This document shows positions 9,395 through 18,954 of a stretch of 64,000 bases of DNA, piece by piece (within the stretch, counting starts at the first letter, position 1; the number at the start of each line of letters is the position of its first letter). A program made the translations under genes and the position numbers. Below the pieces are notes generated by a model. The model was not told the DNA's origin. It was given only the letters and a program-made list of their open reading frames with translations, and made no database searches. The stretch lies in the IMG/VR virus record IMGVR_UViG_3300008108_000013; one strand, written 5' to 3'. This DNA comes from a virus (lineage: Duplodnaviria > Heunggongvirae > Uroviricota > Caudoviricetes).

Positions 9395-10115
9395 TAGTTA
9401 AATCAATAACCTTTGTTAATTGCCAAGGAGCAATTCTAGTAATAATATGAGATCTAAATTCTTTAGACTCGTTGGATGTTCCGTGCCAGTCACCGGTGTT
9501 TAAGATATAAATTTTTCCTAGCTTCATATGGTATTCCCTTTCTTTATTTGGGCCAAAATGAAACTTTGCATTTTCATTTGTTTCTACAGGTATATGTAAC
9601 TTTAAAACTTTACTGTCGAGATGCTGTCTAATATACATACCTGGATGATGAGTAGTAATAATCATCTGTCTAAAAGAGTCTTCACCTAAAACAGATATCA
9701 TTTCTTCTAAGTACCCGAATTTCATTTTTGACATTATCTTAGCATCATCAAAAAACGTATTCCTATTAACTTCAGGAAATAACTCAAGATTGCATTGTTG
9801 CGGAGGCGGTAACGGCTCATATCTTTCTGTTGGCCAAGAAAAGGTAATCCCATCGATAGGACCGCAGTAGTAACCACAATATCCTTCTTCAACCATTTGT
9901 TTACTTAATTCTAAGTCTAACTTTTCCGAGTAGGTATTAAAATTAAATCGCATGTGAGAAAACTTCTCATTTACTTGAGAATACCACTCTGATAATTTAC
10001 TAGTATCGAGCGAATAGTTAAGTTCCAGTAAATCCCAATCATTAGACTCAATTAAAAATTCTTCGGTTATTCCGTGATTTTTGGGATCGTAGTCTTTGAT
10101 AATACGTGCTTTCAA
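9387..10115 (-). CDS. AspH-like 2OG/Fe(II) cupin oxygenase
   Basis: THHPGMYIRQHLD...LHIPVETN...GDWHGTSN. Confidence 0.55.
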   Translation of the reverse strand: MKARIIKDYDPKNHGITEEFLIESNDWDLLELNYSLDTSKLSEWYSQVNEKFSHMRFNFNTYSEKLDLELSKQMVEEGYCGYYCGPIDGITFSWPTERYEPLPPPQQCNLELFPEVNRNTFFDDAKIMSKMKFGYLEEMISVLGEDSFRQMIITTHHPGMYIRQHLDSKVLKLHIPVETNENAKFHFGPNKEREYHMKLGKIYILNTGDWHGTSNESKEFRSHIITRIAPWQLTKVIDLTND

Positions 10116-10153
10116 AATATTTCCTCGGTGATGGAATATTTATTAAATAGAAA

Positions 10154-11188
10154 ATGAGGTGCAAATATTTAGATAACCAAGTGTGCATAAGATCAAACGG
10201 ACAATACAGACTGTGTTGTGCGAGTTTAGAATCTGACAATTTAGAAAATGTTAGAACGCATACTATTGAAGAATGGCGTAACAGTCCAACACACGTTATC
10301 ACAAGACAACAGTTAGAAAATAATATTTGGCCGGATGCGTGTCTTAAATGTAAATTGGACGAAGATGCTGGTAGATCAAGCCAACGATTAAAAACTGCCG
10401 AATATGGCCCGGGACTAACACATTTAGATTTAAGATTTAGCAATAGTTGTAATTTATCTTGTAGTATGTGTTGGCCCGGAAGTTCTTCAAAATTAGTCGA
10501 AGAACACAAAGCATTGGGGGAGTTGTCACCTTGGGGAAGTTTAACCTTTGACCTAGTAAATTGGTACGAAGAAGATTTAGTCGGTAATCTAATTAAATCT
10601 GTTCCTGAATTAAAAGAGGTATACCTCACAGGTGGCGAACCTTTTATGGTTAAAGGCATATTAGACTTTTTAAAAAAGTTAGACGAGAACGTTACTGTAA
10701 GATTTAATACTAACGGTACTTTATACAATGATAAAATTTTTAAAGAATTAAAAAGATTTAAACACGTTAACATTAGTTTTTCCGTAGACGGAATTGGCAA
10801 AGTTAATGATTATATACGTTGGGGAAGTACTTGGAAAGAAATCGAATATAATATAAACAAGTATCAGGAACTTAGCGGTTTCTTTAGTGTTAGCTCTGTA
10901 GTACAAATTTTAAATATCCTTTACATTGATGAACTTAAAGAATGGGTTAAATCTCTAAACTTAGAACACTACGAAACATTCTTGTTGAATCCTAAGCATT
11001 ACTGCCTTTATAACGCTGTGGATGATATAAAAAATACAGTTAAGGGTTACGATCATATTAGAAATATAGAAGCAGATGTCTCAGAACAAAATAAATTTGT
11101 TGAATATACTAATATTTTAGATAACAATAGAAATTGTAAGATAAGAGATTACTTACCGGAGGTTGCAAAACTTTATGGTATTAATTAA
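10154..11188 (+). CDS. radical SAM enzyme, family A (N-terminal Cys-rich extension)
   Basis: CIRSNGQYRLCC ... ACLKCKLDE ... SCNLSCSMC (CxxxCxxC) ... TGGEP ... C-terminal NNRNCKIRDYLPEV. Paralog of 15500, 16788, 18942 and 38120. Confidence 0.7.
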   Translation: MRCKYLDNQVCIRSNGQYRLCCASLESDNLENVRTHTIEEWRNSPTHVITRQQLENNIWPDACLKCKLDEDAGRSSQRLKTAEYGPGLTHLDLRFSNSCNLSCSMCWPGSSSKLVEEHKALGELSPWGSLTFDLVNWYEEDLVGNLIKSVPELKEVYLTGGEPFMVKGILDFLKKLDENVTVRFNTNGTLYNDKIFKELKRFKHVNISFSVDGIGKVNDYIRWGSTWKEIEYNINKYQELSGFFSVSSVVQILNILYIDELKEWVKSLNLEHYETFLLNPKHYCLYNAVDDIKNTVKGYDHIRNIEADVSEQNKFVEYTNILDNNRNCKIRDYLPEVAKLYGIN

Positions 11189-11624
11189 AGAAAATAAAGA
11201 AAAACATAGATCAGTATTCTTCGACGGAGAAAATTATGTCAAGGTGTGGGGCAATACTACTCCGCAGTGGATATCAGAACATGTAAGTATTCTTAATGAG
11301 CTAGTTCCTAACTACGTAATCGAGTATGGCGGCAATTGGATAAAATTTAAAACCGTACAAGGAACACCTGCTAGCGAATTTGATCATACTGAGGAATTTA
11401 TTAACAGAGTCTATAATTTTTGTTTAGAACAAATTGAGAAAACATTGCCGTATGCACACGGTGATTGGGTGTTAAGCAACATAATTATAAAAGAAGATTC
11501 TATGTTTATGGTAGACTGGGATAATGTTGGAATTTACCCTAAAGAAGAAATATATAAAAAACTACACAATGATTTAAAAAGTGCCTTTGGAGAAAAATAC
11601 AAGTATGACACCACAGTCGTTTAG
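11163..11624 (+). CDS. mini kinase, APH/choline-kinase-like catalytic segment
   Basis: HGDWVLSNIII (HGDxxxxN catalytic loop) followed by VDWDNVG (DxD/IDWE-like motif). Only 153 aa. Confidence 0.4.
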   Translation: MQNFMVLIKENKEKHRSVFFDGENYVKVWGNTTPQWISEHVSILNELVPNYVIEYGGNWIKFKTVQGTPASEFDHTEEFINRVYNFCLEQIEKTLPYAHGDWVLSNIIIKEDSMFMVDWDNVGIYPKEEIYKKLHNDLKSAFGEKYKYDTTVV

Positions 11625-12822
11625 TTACCCAACATTAGGTAAAGACGGATTAATTTATTGTCCGCCATACGGTTTAGACGAACCTATGGATTTTATGATT
11701 ACAATAAATCCTAAAACTTTTGATATTCAGAAACTCCCTATTAAGGTTAACAACAGTACAGAAAAATGGACATTTGGAATTACTGTAGATGATAAGATCT
11801 ATTGGTTGCCTTACGGCGAAAGCAAAGTGTTAGTAGTCAATACAACAACAAAGAAGGTCGATTACATTGATATTGATTGGCCTGATAATACAAAAAGCAT
11901 CAAAGGCAAATTTGTTCAAGGACACATTTATAAAAATAAAATTTATGCATTACCTTATGGCGAAGACCAACCACTTGACTACGTATTAATAATAGATACA
12001 ACTACTGATAACGCAGTCCTTAAACCCCTACACTTGCCTGATACCGATACTAAAAAATGGCATCAAAGTGTGTTGCGTGGTAATACAATATATGCTGTAC
12101 CTCGAGGTGGCTCTAAACCGTTTAATTTTGCAATCGAATATAATTGTGACGACTGTAGTGTTAAGTTTATAAACTTTAGCAAATACTATGAAGGGTATCA
12201 AGATACTAGCATGAAGTTTACAACTATAGGTATGATCGACGATATAATCTATGCGGCTCCGTATGGTTACCACGATGATTTTGATTTTTTAATTACAAAT
12301 AAAAAAGGTGAATGGAAATCGGAAAGAACTGGTATAACAGGAACAACAAGAAGATACTTCACTAACATCAAGACAAAAAATGAAAAATTATATTTTCCTC
12401 CTGCAGGCCATCACTCATCATGGAGTAAATTTTTAATCATCGACAGCAATGGCTATAAAACTATAGATCTTGGAATAACAAAGGAAACTAAAAAATACTT
12501 CGCAGGAGTTGAAAATAGCCAAGGCAAAGTCTATTATATTCCCCGAGGCGGATGTGTTTGTGATCCAGATGCCGAATTAAAATTAACCGGAGACCTAGCA
12601 GAAGTATTAGTATTTGATACTAAAGACGATAGTTACTATACTGTCGACGTAAGCAGTTGCTTCACTGATAATACAACTATAGAAAAGTACAATGCCTGTT
12701 GTATTGTCGATGACGTAATATTTGCTATGCCGTACGGTGAAAGCAATTCTTTTCAAACTGTATTAGTTTTTGATACAACACAAGATAAAATTATTAAAAC
12801 GATAGATCTAAATGGCATATAA
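11581..12822 (+). CDS. PYG-repeat protein (beta-propeller-like), paralog 1
   Basis: At least 8 repeats of about 45 aa with the core (I/L)Y(x)(x)P(Y/R)G(E/G)xxx and a trailing DTTT/NTTT (e.g. IYWLPYGESKVLVVNTTT, IYALPYGEDQPLDYVLIIDTTT). The start is uncertain; ATG 11605 is an alternative. Confidence 0.5.
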   Translation: MPLEKNTSMTPQSFSYPTLGKDGLIYCPPYGLDEPMDFMITINPKTFDIQKLPIKVNNSTEKWTFGITVDDKIYWLPYGESKVLVVNTTTKKVDYIDIDWPDNTKSIKGKFVQGHIYKNKIYALPYGEDQPLDYVLIIDTTTDNAVLKPLHLPDTDTKKWHQSVLRGNTIYAVPRGGSKPFNFAIEYNCDDCSVKFINFSKYYEGYQDTSMKFTTIGMIDDIIYAAPYGYHDDFDFLITNKKGEWKSERTGITGTTRRYFTNIKTKNEKLYFPPAGHHSSWSKFLIIDSNGYKTIDLGITKETKKYFAGVENSQGKVYYIPRGGCVCDPDAELKLTGDLAEVLVFDTKDDSYYTVDVSSCFTDNTTIEKYNACCIVDDVIFAMPYGESNSFQTVLVFDTTQDKIIKTIDLNGI

Positions 12823-13963
12823 AGCGTTCCAAGATTTTTATTTAGAAGAATCAATTAAACATCTGTTGTTAACAGAGTATAATGGCTGTTTAGTAAGTCC
12901 TCCCTTTGCTACAGAAAAATGCAAAGACTACAATCAAATTATGATCATCGGAAATGATGTGTCGTTTATTGATTTAGATTTGCCGCCTGCAACTAGCAAG
13001 TTTAATGCTTATACTGTGATAGGAGACAGTCTTTGGCTAATACCGTATGGTATCTGGGATAACTTTAATGTCGTGGTACAATTAAAAGATTTTAAACCTA
13101 TATATCATTATATCGATAAACCAGGAAAAGGCCAATTTTATAATGTAGCATCTAATGGCGAAACTGCTTTTAGTTTTCCTTTAGGGTACGAAGATACAAG
13201 TTTTGGGATCTTTATCAGGGATCAACAAGTCCATACAGTTGAATTTGAAAAACAATCTCAAACAAAATTACACATGGGCTGTGTATATGCAAATGGAAAA
13301 TATTGGAGTGCTCCTAGAGGTGACGAACCTGGCTATGTTAATATGATGAGTTTTGATGGCGAACAGTTAAAGTCGTATCCTATCAACTTGCCTAATCCTA
13401 ACATTACTAGAAAATACACCGATATTATTGTTAAAGGAAACACATTGTATGCTATGCCGTTTGGAGAACAACCGGGTTTGATGGAAGTTATAGAGTTTGA
13501 TACTGTTAGTGAAAATTACAAACTTCACAAACTGAATATGCCAGACGTTGCAAAAAAGTTTAACTGTATGGTAGAAGTTGATGAATATATTATCGGACTA
13601 CCTTACGGAACAAAAGGCGATACAAACAGTCGCTGGGGTATATCTTTTAATACTACAACTAACGATTCTGCTTGTTTTGACTTAGGGGAAGATTTTGCCG
13701 ACGGTGGAAAATATCGTTTTAGATGCGGAGTTAATTTTAATAACAATGCTGTATTTTTTCCTGCTGGTACTCCTGACTGTCCAATAGTTAAAGTCAGTAA
13801 AGACTTAACAATTACTACAAAGCACATTGAGGGCGTTATGTTTGGTAGACCTATTGTACATGACAATAAGTTAAAAGTCTTAGGTTATGATATGCGCGAT
13901 GCTACTAACTCGCTTTATGAGTTTGATGAGAGTTTAAATTACTCTAAAACCTTTTTAAGATAA
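12812..13963 (+). CDS. PYG-repeat protein (beta-propeller-like), paralog 2
   Basis: LWLIPYGIWDNF, YWSAPRGDEPGY, LYAMPFGEQPGL and IIGLPYGTKGDT repeats. Confidence 0.5.
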   Translation: MAYKAFQDFYLEESIKHLLLTEYNGCLVSPPFATEKCKDYNQIMIIGNDVSFIDLDLPPATSKFNAYTVIGDSLWLIPYGIWDNFNVVVQLKDFKPIYHYIDKPGKGQFYNVASNGETAFSFPLGYEDTSFGIFIRDQQVHTVEFEKQSQTKLHMGCVYANGKYWSAPRGDEPGYVNMMSFDGEQLKSYPINLPNPNITRKYTDIIVKGNTLYAMPFGEQPGLMEVIEFDTVSENYKLHKLNMPDVAKKFNCMVEVDEYIIGLPYGTKGDTNSRWGISFNTTTNDSACFDLGEDFADGGKYRFRCGVNFNNNAVFFPAGTPDCPIVKVSKDLTITTKHIEGVMFGRPIVHDNKLKVLGYDMRDATNSLYEFDESLNYSKTFLR

Positions 13964-14844
13964 ATGTCGCTAAGACAACTACATTTATTAGTACCGCAGA
14001 CAATCGGACTGTTAGGGAGTATAAAAGAATCTATAGTTCCAATCTTGCCGCCTTGCTGACAATCTGCTCGATAAACATCTCCCCACTGATCAATACTAAC
14101 CATATGCTGTCCTGCCCAGCATTTCCATCCTTTGAAGTTATTAAGACCCTTTAGTATTAAATCGTTACCCGATACTCGCTGTCCGTCTAATGCTATTTCA
14201 CCTCGATGCATCTTGTAGTCATTAACTGATCTAAAATAAGGCCACTGGTTTATGATTCTTCTTTGTTGTTCTGTGTAATCAGCAACTTCATTAGAGATGT
14301 GATTTATATCGCTTTTATCTAAAATAACTTTTGGCCATACAATAACATTAGGTGATCCGTTATACAACTTATCAGCTACTGCTAGTAGCTCATCAAATTT
14401 ATCAGGCACTAGCATTAGGTTGACTGCTACTACTCCTTTAATTGTTTGAGCAACATTAACGCAATGATCAACATCAGCATACTCTGGATGGTAGCTAAGT
14501 ATCATGCCATCAGTATAGTTACTAATAGATTTAAAATATTCAACACTTTGACTGCCGTTAGTTAAAAAGCTAAAAGTATGGCCTTGTTCTTTAACTACTT
14601 TAGCCATGTCAATAAAGTGTTTCCAATAAGTCGGTTCACCGCCGCTGATTCGATAGCAAATTTCCTTGCCCGGCAAATTAAAATTTTCTATAAATCTCTT
14701 AACTGATTCCCAAGTCGGCCAACCTGAACTACCATCATGCAAATTGCTAGGGCAATAACTACACCTATAATTACATTTGTTTGATAGTGTCCAGCTGACT
14801 AGAAACCAATCTTCTTTTTTAGGATCGAGATAAGTTAATTTCAT
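13939..14844 (-). CDS. radical SAM/SPASM-like enzyme, family B
   Basis: SNKCNYRCSYCPS (CxxxCxxC), ISGGEPTYW, HPEYADVDH and a C-terminal Cys cluster (CWAG..CQQGG..CGTNKCSC). Confidence 0.7.
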   Translation of the reverse strand: MKLTYLDPKKEDWFLVSWTLSNKCNYRCSYCPSNLHDGSSGWPTWESVKRFIENFNLPGKEICYRISGGEPTYWKHFIDMAKVVKEQGHTFSFLTNGSQSVEYFKSISNYTDGMILSYHPEYADVDHCVNVAQTIKGVVAVNLMLVPDKFDELLAVADKLYNGSPNVIVWPKVILDKSDINHISNEVADYTEQQRRIINQWPYFRSVNDYKMHRGEIALDGQRVSGNDLILKGLNNFKGWKCWAGQHMVSIDQWGDVYRADCQQGGKIGTIDSFILPNSPIVCGTNKCSCLSDIYLKKVLE

Positions 14845-15503
14845 TAGTACACATTCATTCCGTGTTTAAGGATAATATCATGTGTACGTTGATTTAATTT
14901 AACTGTTAATATCATTGAATAGACACTATCAGTAAAACTAAACACAGAATGTTCTCTTTGGAAATTAGCAAAGTAAAAATAGCCAGGATCAAAGTACAAC
15001 GGTTTACCATCAAGTAACTGTACATAGTTCTCCGGCTTGCACTTTCCAAATGTCATTATAAGGCGTAGGTATTCTGGTGCAGGGCCTGGATAGTCTACGT
15101 GCGGCGGAAAGAACCCGCCAGCATCTAATTTTAAAAAATGTACACGACCGATATCTGGTCTAAAAATATCAACTACTTGCTGTATCTCAGGAAGTGCATG
15201 ATATACTTGTGTTGGCGTTGTGAAGTTATCATCTTTTAAATCAACATCATGATAATTTTGTAAGTAACCAAAACTGTTTAAGTGATAGTTATCCATGACA
15301 TCGCCTGTGTGGCTAGTTACAGGTAACCCCCACCTATTATTGTGCGTATCTTTTTTTAAGTTATAAGGGCACCAGTTATCTTTAAATTGTAAAAGGTCGT
15401 GCTCTAACTTCAATGGTTCGACACGAAGTTTTAATTTAAGGTACAGACCTAAGTTTGTTAGGCTGTGCCATAGCAACCCTCTTTCAATTTCTTCATTAGT
15501 CAT
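14844..15503 (-). CDS. cupin 2OG/Fe(II) oxygenase-like protein (divergent AspH-like)
   Basis: GRVHFLKLDAGGFFPPHVD ... FQREHSVFSF (HxD...H). Confidence 0.45.
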   Translation of the reverse strand: MTNEEIERGLLWHSLTNLGLYLKLKLRVEPLKLEHDLLQFKDNWCPYNLKKDTHNNRWGLPVTSHTGDVMDNYHLNSFGYLQNYHDVDLKDDNFTTPTQVYHALPEIQQVVDIFRPDIGRVHFLKLDAGGFFPPHVDYPGPAPEYLRLIMTFGKCKPENYVQLLDGKPLYFDPGYFYFANFQREHSVFSFTDSVYSMILTVKLNQRTHDIILKHGMNVY

Positions 15504-16795
15504 AATATTTTTAAGTCCGGAAAAATTTTCCTAAAATCTGTATTCCTTGTTTGGTCACATATTTCTAAATACTCAACAGTACTAGGTAATTTAGAAGACC
15601 AGTCTTCGGACATCATGTATCCGATTAATCCTTCCCAACGCTGTTTTCCGTATGTGTTATTTACAAAACCAGGATCTTGGTACTCATTTAAAAAGGCTTC
15701 AATCCTAGATTTTGCCAATTGTTTTAACTCTAACGGCAAAACTTTAACATTTAAATAGCTTGGTAAGTACACCAAATGCAATCCGATAACACCGCCACCA
15801 TATGGATATAGATTAATCTTTTTAAAGTTAGATTGAATCTTCCAGCGAGCTAGATCAGTTATGTATAGGACATTTAGTAACTGAACAGCGCAGGCAACAT
15901 TTATAGTAATATGATCAGGTGTATTGTCTAACTTATTCAAGTTTGTAACAACGTCTGCCCACTTACTAGGATAACGAATGTAGTCATTGTGTTCACCAAG
16001 TGCATCTATACTAAAATTAAACTTAACCTGTTTGAATTGATTCCAAAGATCAAACAACTTGTCAGGTAGCTCTAAACCGTTTGAGTTGTATCTTAATATA
16101 CAGTTCTTAGCATGTCCACTTTCTACCATGAACTCTAATATTTTATAGTGCTCGGGTATTAGTAAAGGTTCACCACCGGCAAAGTACAACTCTTTGATAT
16201 TGTGTGCTTGAGCCTTCATGTTTTCTAAGAAGGCGCTATCCTTATACCAGGTGTAATCAAATGTTCTATCCCAACCTTGATCTTGTTTAAGCTCAACAGT
16301 CTTATACTTAGGATACTGTTGTTTCCAATCTTTAATCCAGCTTGAACTATCGTGTGGACTACACATGACACATTTTAGTTGACATAAGTTACCCAAACGC
16401 AAGTCGAAGTAGGGTATATCAACAGGTAATGTTCCGTCTGAACCTGTCTTAGTAACAATGCTATCAATATCAACACGATCCTTCCATACCATAGTTTCCC
16501 ATTGACGTTTACTTGTGATACCTTTACTTTCTTCTTCAAAACATTTAGTACAACTATTCGGAACTTCACCATTAAGCATTTGTAAACGAGTTGTCTTCAT
16601 GCTTTCGCTATTCCATACTTCGTCTATAGAATGCTTTGCTAAGTTTAAAACCTGTCCTTGGTGTTTAACTAATCCTGCTTCTTTGTCGTCAACTATTCCT
16701 GCACCGCTAGCATTGGCCGTGCAACATACTCTTACATCACCGTTTGGTCTTGTAGCGATATGAATCCAAGGAAGTGGGCAAAAGGTCTTACTCAA
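15500..16795 (-). CDS. radical SAM enzyme, family A
   Basis: MSKTFCPLPWIHIATRPNGDVRVCC, NSCTKCFEEE, GNLCQLKCVMC, AGGEP and C-terminal QTRNTDFRKIFPDL. Confidence 0.75.
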   Translation of the reverse strand: MSKTFCPLPWIHIATRPNGDVRVCCTANASGAGIVDDKEAGLVKHQGQVLNLAKHSIDEVWNSESMKTTRLQMLNGEVPNSCTKCFEEESKGITSKRQWETMVWKDRVDIDSIVTKTGSDGTLPVDIPYFDLRLGNLCQLKCVMCSPHDSSSWIKDWKQQYPKYKTVELKQDQGWDRTFDYTWYKDSAFLENMKAQAHNIKELYFAGGEPLLIPEHYKILEFMVESGHAKNCILRYNSNGLELPDKLFDLWNQFKQVKFNFSIDALGEHNDYIRYPSKWADVVTNLNKLDNTPDHITINVACAVQLLNVLYITDLARWKIQSNFKKINLYPYGGGVIGLHLVYLPSYLNVKVLPLELKQLAKSRIEAFLNEYQDPGFVNNTYGKQRWEGLIGYMMSEDWSSKLPSTVEYLEICDQTRNTDFRKIFPDLKIL

Positions 16796-18104
16796 AAAGC
16801 TCTCCTAGTTCTGGAGTAACATCTAAAATGTTTTGATTGCGGCGCTGGTCGATAACTTTTGTAAATCTAACAAACTCAGGAATACGTTCTTGTGATAGAT
16901 CTTCCTGATCCATGAAGTTTAAAATTGATTTTAGTATAGAAACTGATGCAGACTTTACATTGTCATTTAGATCACTTTCTAAGAATTTGTTAATCCAGCT
17001 ATCGTAATGTAACTTTAATTTATTTCTTATAGACTCTGGATACATCCTAACACTAACACAATATGGTTTGTGTACAGGGTGTGTAGTTATAACAGGTCTT
17101 TTCTCTCTAGAATTAATTTTTTTAAATCCGCTATCAACTAATTTCCACCACATAAATTCCGGCAAGTGAAAAGCATTGTAGGCACTAACAGTGTATGTTA
17201 TATGGACCATAACGTTAGGATTTTGTTGACATATCTCATCTAGCTGTATTAAGTTCTTAAGGGTAGTATTCCATTTAATAGGATATCGTTGATACTCTTG
17301 CATAGACCCCATGCCGTCAACGCTGGCACCTATTCTAACTTGTTTAAACTGTGTCCAAAGTTCTAAAACTTTTTTCGGTAATGATGTGATATTTGTATTA
17401 TATTCTAGGATTATTTTTGAAGCTCGACCAGCGGCAATACACTTTTCTAAGAATAGAGTATGCCTATCTATAATTAAAGGCTCTCCGCCTGCCATGTAAA
17501 CGTGTTCAATATTATTAATTTGTTCTTCTATCTGCTGCCAAAAGAATTCTGACTCGTGCCAGTTGTAATCATCAGTGACAAACCTTCCTTTGTCGTTCCT
17601 TATCAAATGGACCCACCCGTGACTATCTAAGAACCCCTGCTTTTGATCATACGCAACCCAATCCTCATACCACGAGTGGCTGTCTGTTGGCCCGCACATA
17701 CGACAGGCAAGATTACAGGTGTTACCGAATCTTAAATCGTAATAGCGAGTATCTAAGTTTATACTCCCATCATCGTTTGTACTGTTTACTGCATCTTCGT
17801 AAGTAAAGTTCCACTGATCAATTTCGTTAAGACGTCTGCTAGACATACCAGATTCTTCTTCTTGCTGGCATCTTTTACATTCATCACTCCACACACCATT
17901 AATAATATTCTTCCGAATCTCTTTAATCATGATAGCATTTTTAGCATCAACTATAGAATCTTTACCTGCATTAAAGGGTGTTCCATCATCTTTTCTTGCA
18001 GTTCCTTGATTAGGAGTCACGTTGGCTTGGCAACAAACACGCATGTCGCCATTGTTGCGTACTGCTTGATGTATCCAAGGTAAAGGACAGAATGTTTTAG
18101 ACAT
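16788..18104 (-). CDS. radical SAM enzyme, family A (tandem paralog)
   Basis: MSKTFCPLPWIHQAVRNNGDMRVCC, DECKRCQQEE, GNTCNLACRMC, AGGEP and C-terminal QRRNQNILDVTPEL. Confidence 0.75.
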   Translation of the reverse strand: MSKTFCPLPWIHQAVRNNGDMRVCCQANVTPNQGTARKDDGTPFNAGKDSIVDAKNAIMIKEIRKNIINGVWSDECKRCQQEEESGMSSRRLNEIDQWNFTYEDAVNSTNDDGSINLDTRYYDLRFGNTCNLACRMCGPTDSHSWYEDWVAYDQKQGFLDSHGWVHLIRNDKGRFVTDDYNWHESEFFWQQIEEQINNIEHVYMAGGEPLIIDRHTLFLEKCIAAGRASKIILEYNTNITSLPKKVLELWTQFKQVRIGASVDGMGSMQEYQRYPIKWNTTLKNLIQLDEICQQNPNVMVHITYTVSAYNAFHLPEFMWWKLVDSGFKKINSREKRPVITTHPVHKPYCVSVRMYPESIRNKLKLHYDSWINKFLESDLNDNVKSASVSILKSILNFMDQEDLSQERIPEFVRFTKVIDQRRNQNILDVTPELGELFE

Positions 18105-18954
18105 TAAGTAGATACCTCATAAGAGAACTTATTCCCACTAGCTCTCCGCTTCTATCTATAGCTACATGGATAGCCTTAGTCTGAGTTAGATCGAAGTCCC
18201 TGCAGACTTTTTCATTCACGTCAGCATATTTTTTCCAAAAGTAATCTGGTTCAATATTGTTTAAGATATAAAGTGCAACGATTGTGGTCATTCGATTGCA
18301 CATATGAAAGTCATTCATTATGCTAATAGAGTCGGCTTTCTCTTCTTTAGTCCATCTTAAACCAATTCTATTCCAACCCAGTCCTAGACCTTTTGAAAGG
18401 CTGATGCCTAGTGATACAATAGCAGGATGATCAAAATTAAAATCAATTGTGCGGCTACATGTAATCCATGCTCCGTCGACATGCACAGGAATATTTTTTT
18501 TGGCACATTCATCTAAAATTCCATTCATGCCTGTATGAATATCAGCAGTACCTGGAAAAGGTAAAGAAATTATTAAAGGAATTCCGGGGATCAATGTGCC
18601 GGGTATAGATCTTGTAAAAGAATAACCTAATCTTTCGTGATACTTATAATCACCTTCAATTGTCTGTACGTACCCGGACATATATAAATTATCAATAAAC
18701 TGTGTACATCCGTTAATTATATCGACTCTGTTAAAGGTTTCAAGTCCTCTTATTTGATTCAAGGTCGACGCAGTTAACCAACTAATCATTTTATCTTTAA
18801 AAATATTATGTACGTTATCCGTGTGATCAGGCACCCAACCGTTATAACCAGTTAATGTTGAATTAAACAATGACTCAAGATGACTATCGCAAAAAGGTTT
18901 TAATCTACCTTTTTGTAAATAATCTTGAGAATATTCAGGTGCTATTCTTTCCAT
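18097..18954 (-). CDS. PLP-dependent aminotransferase-like protein (short)
   Basis: SLSKGLGLGWNRIG matches the SxSK...GxRxG PLP-lysine region of fold-type I aminotransferases. The protein is only 285 aa. Confidence 0.4.
   Translation of the reverse strand: MERIAPEYSQDYLQKGRLKPFCDSHLESLFNSTLTGYNGWVPDHTDNVHNIFKDKMISWLTASTLNQIRGLETFNRVDIINGCTQFIDNLYMSGYVQTIEGDYKYHERLGYSFTRSIPGTLIPGIPLIISLPFPGTADIHTGMNGILDECAKKNIPVHVDGAWITCSRTIDFNFDHPAIVSLGISLSKGLGLGWNRIGLRWTKEEKADSISIMNDFHMCNRMTTIVALYILNNIEPDYFWKKYADVNEKVCRDFDLTQTKAIHVAIDRSGELVGISSLMRYLLNV

Noticed and set aside
10048-10800. 250-aa minus-strand ORF
   Set aside because: It overlaps the plus-strand radical-SAM gene 10154..11188, which carries clear CxxxCxxC and GGEP motifs. 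It is a shadow ORF.
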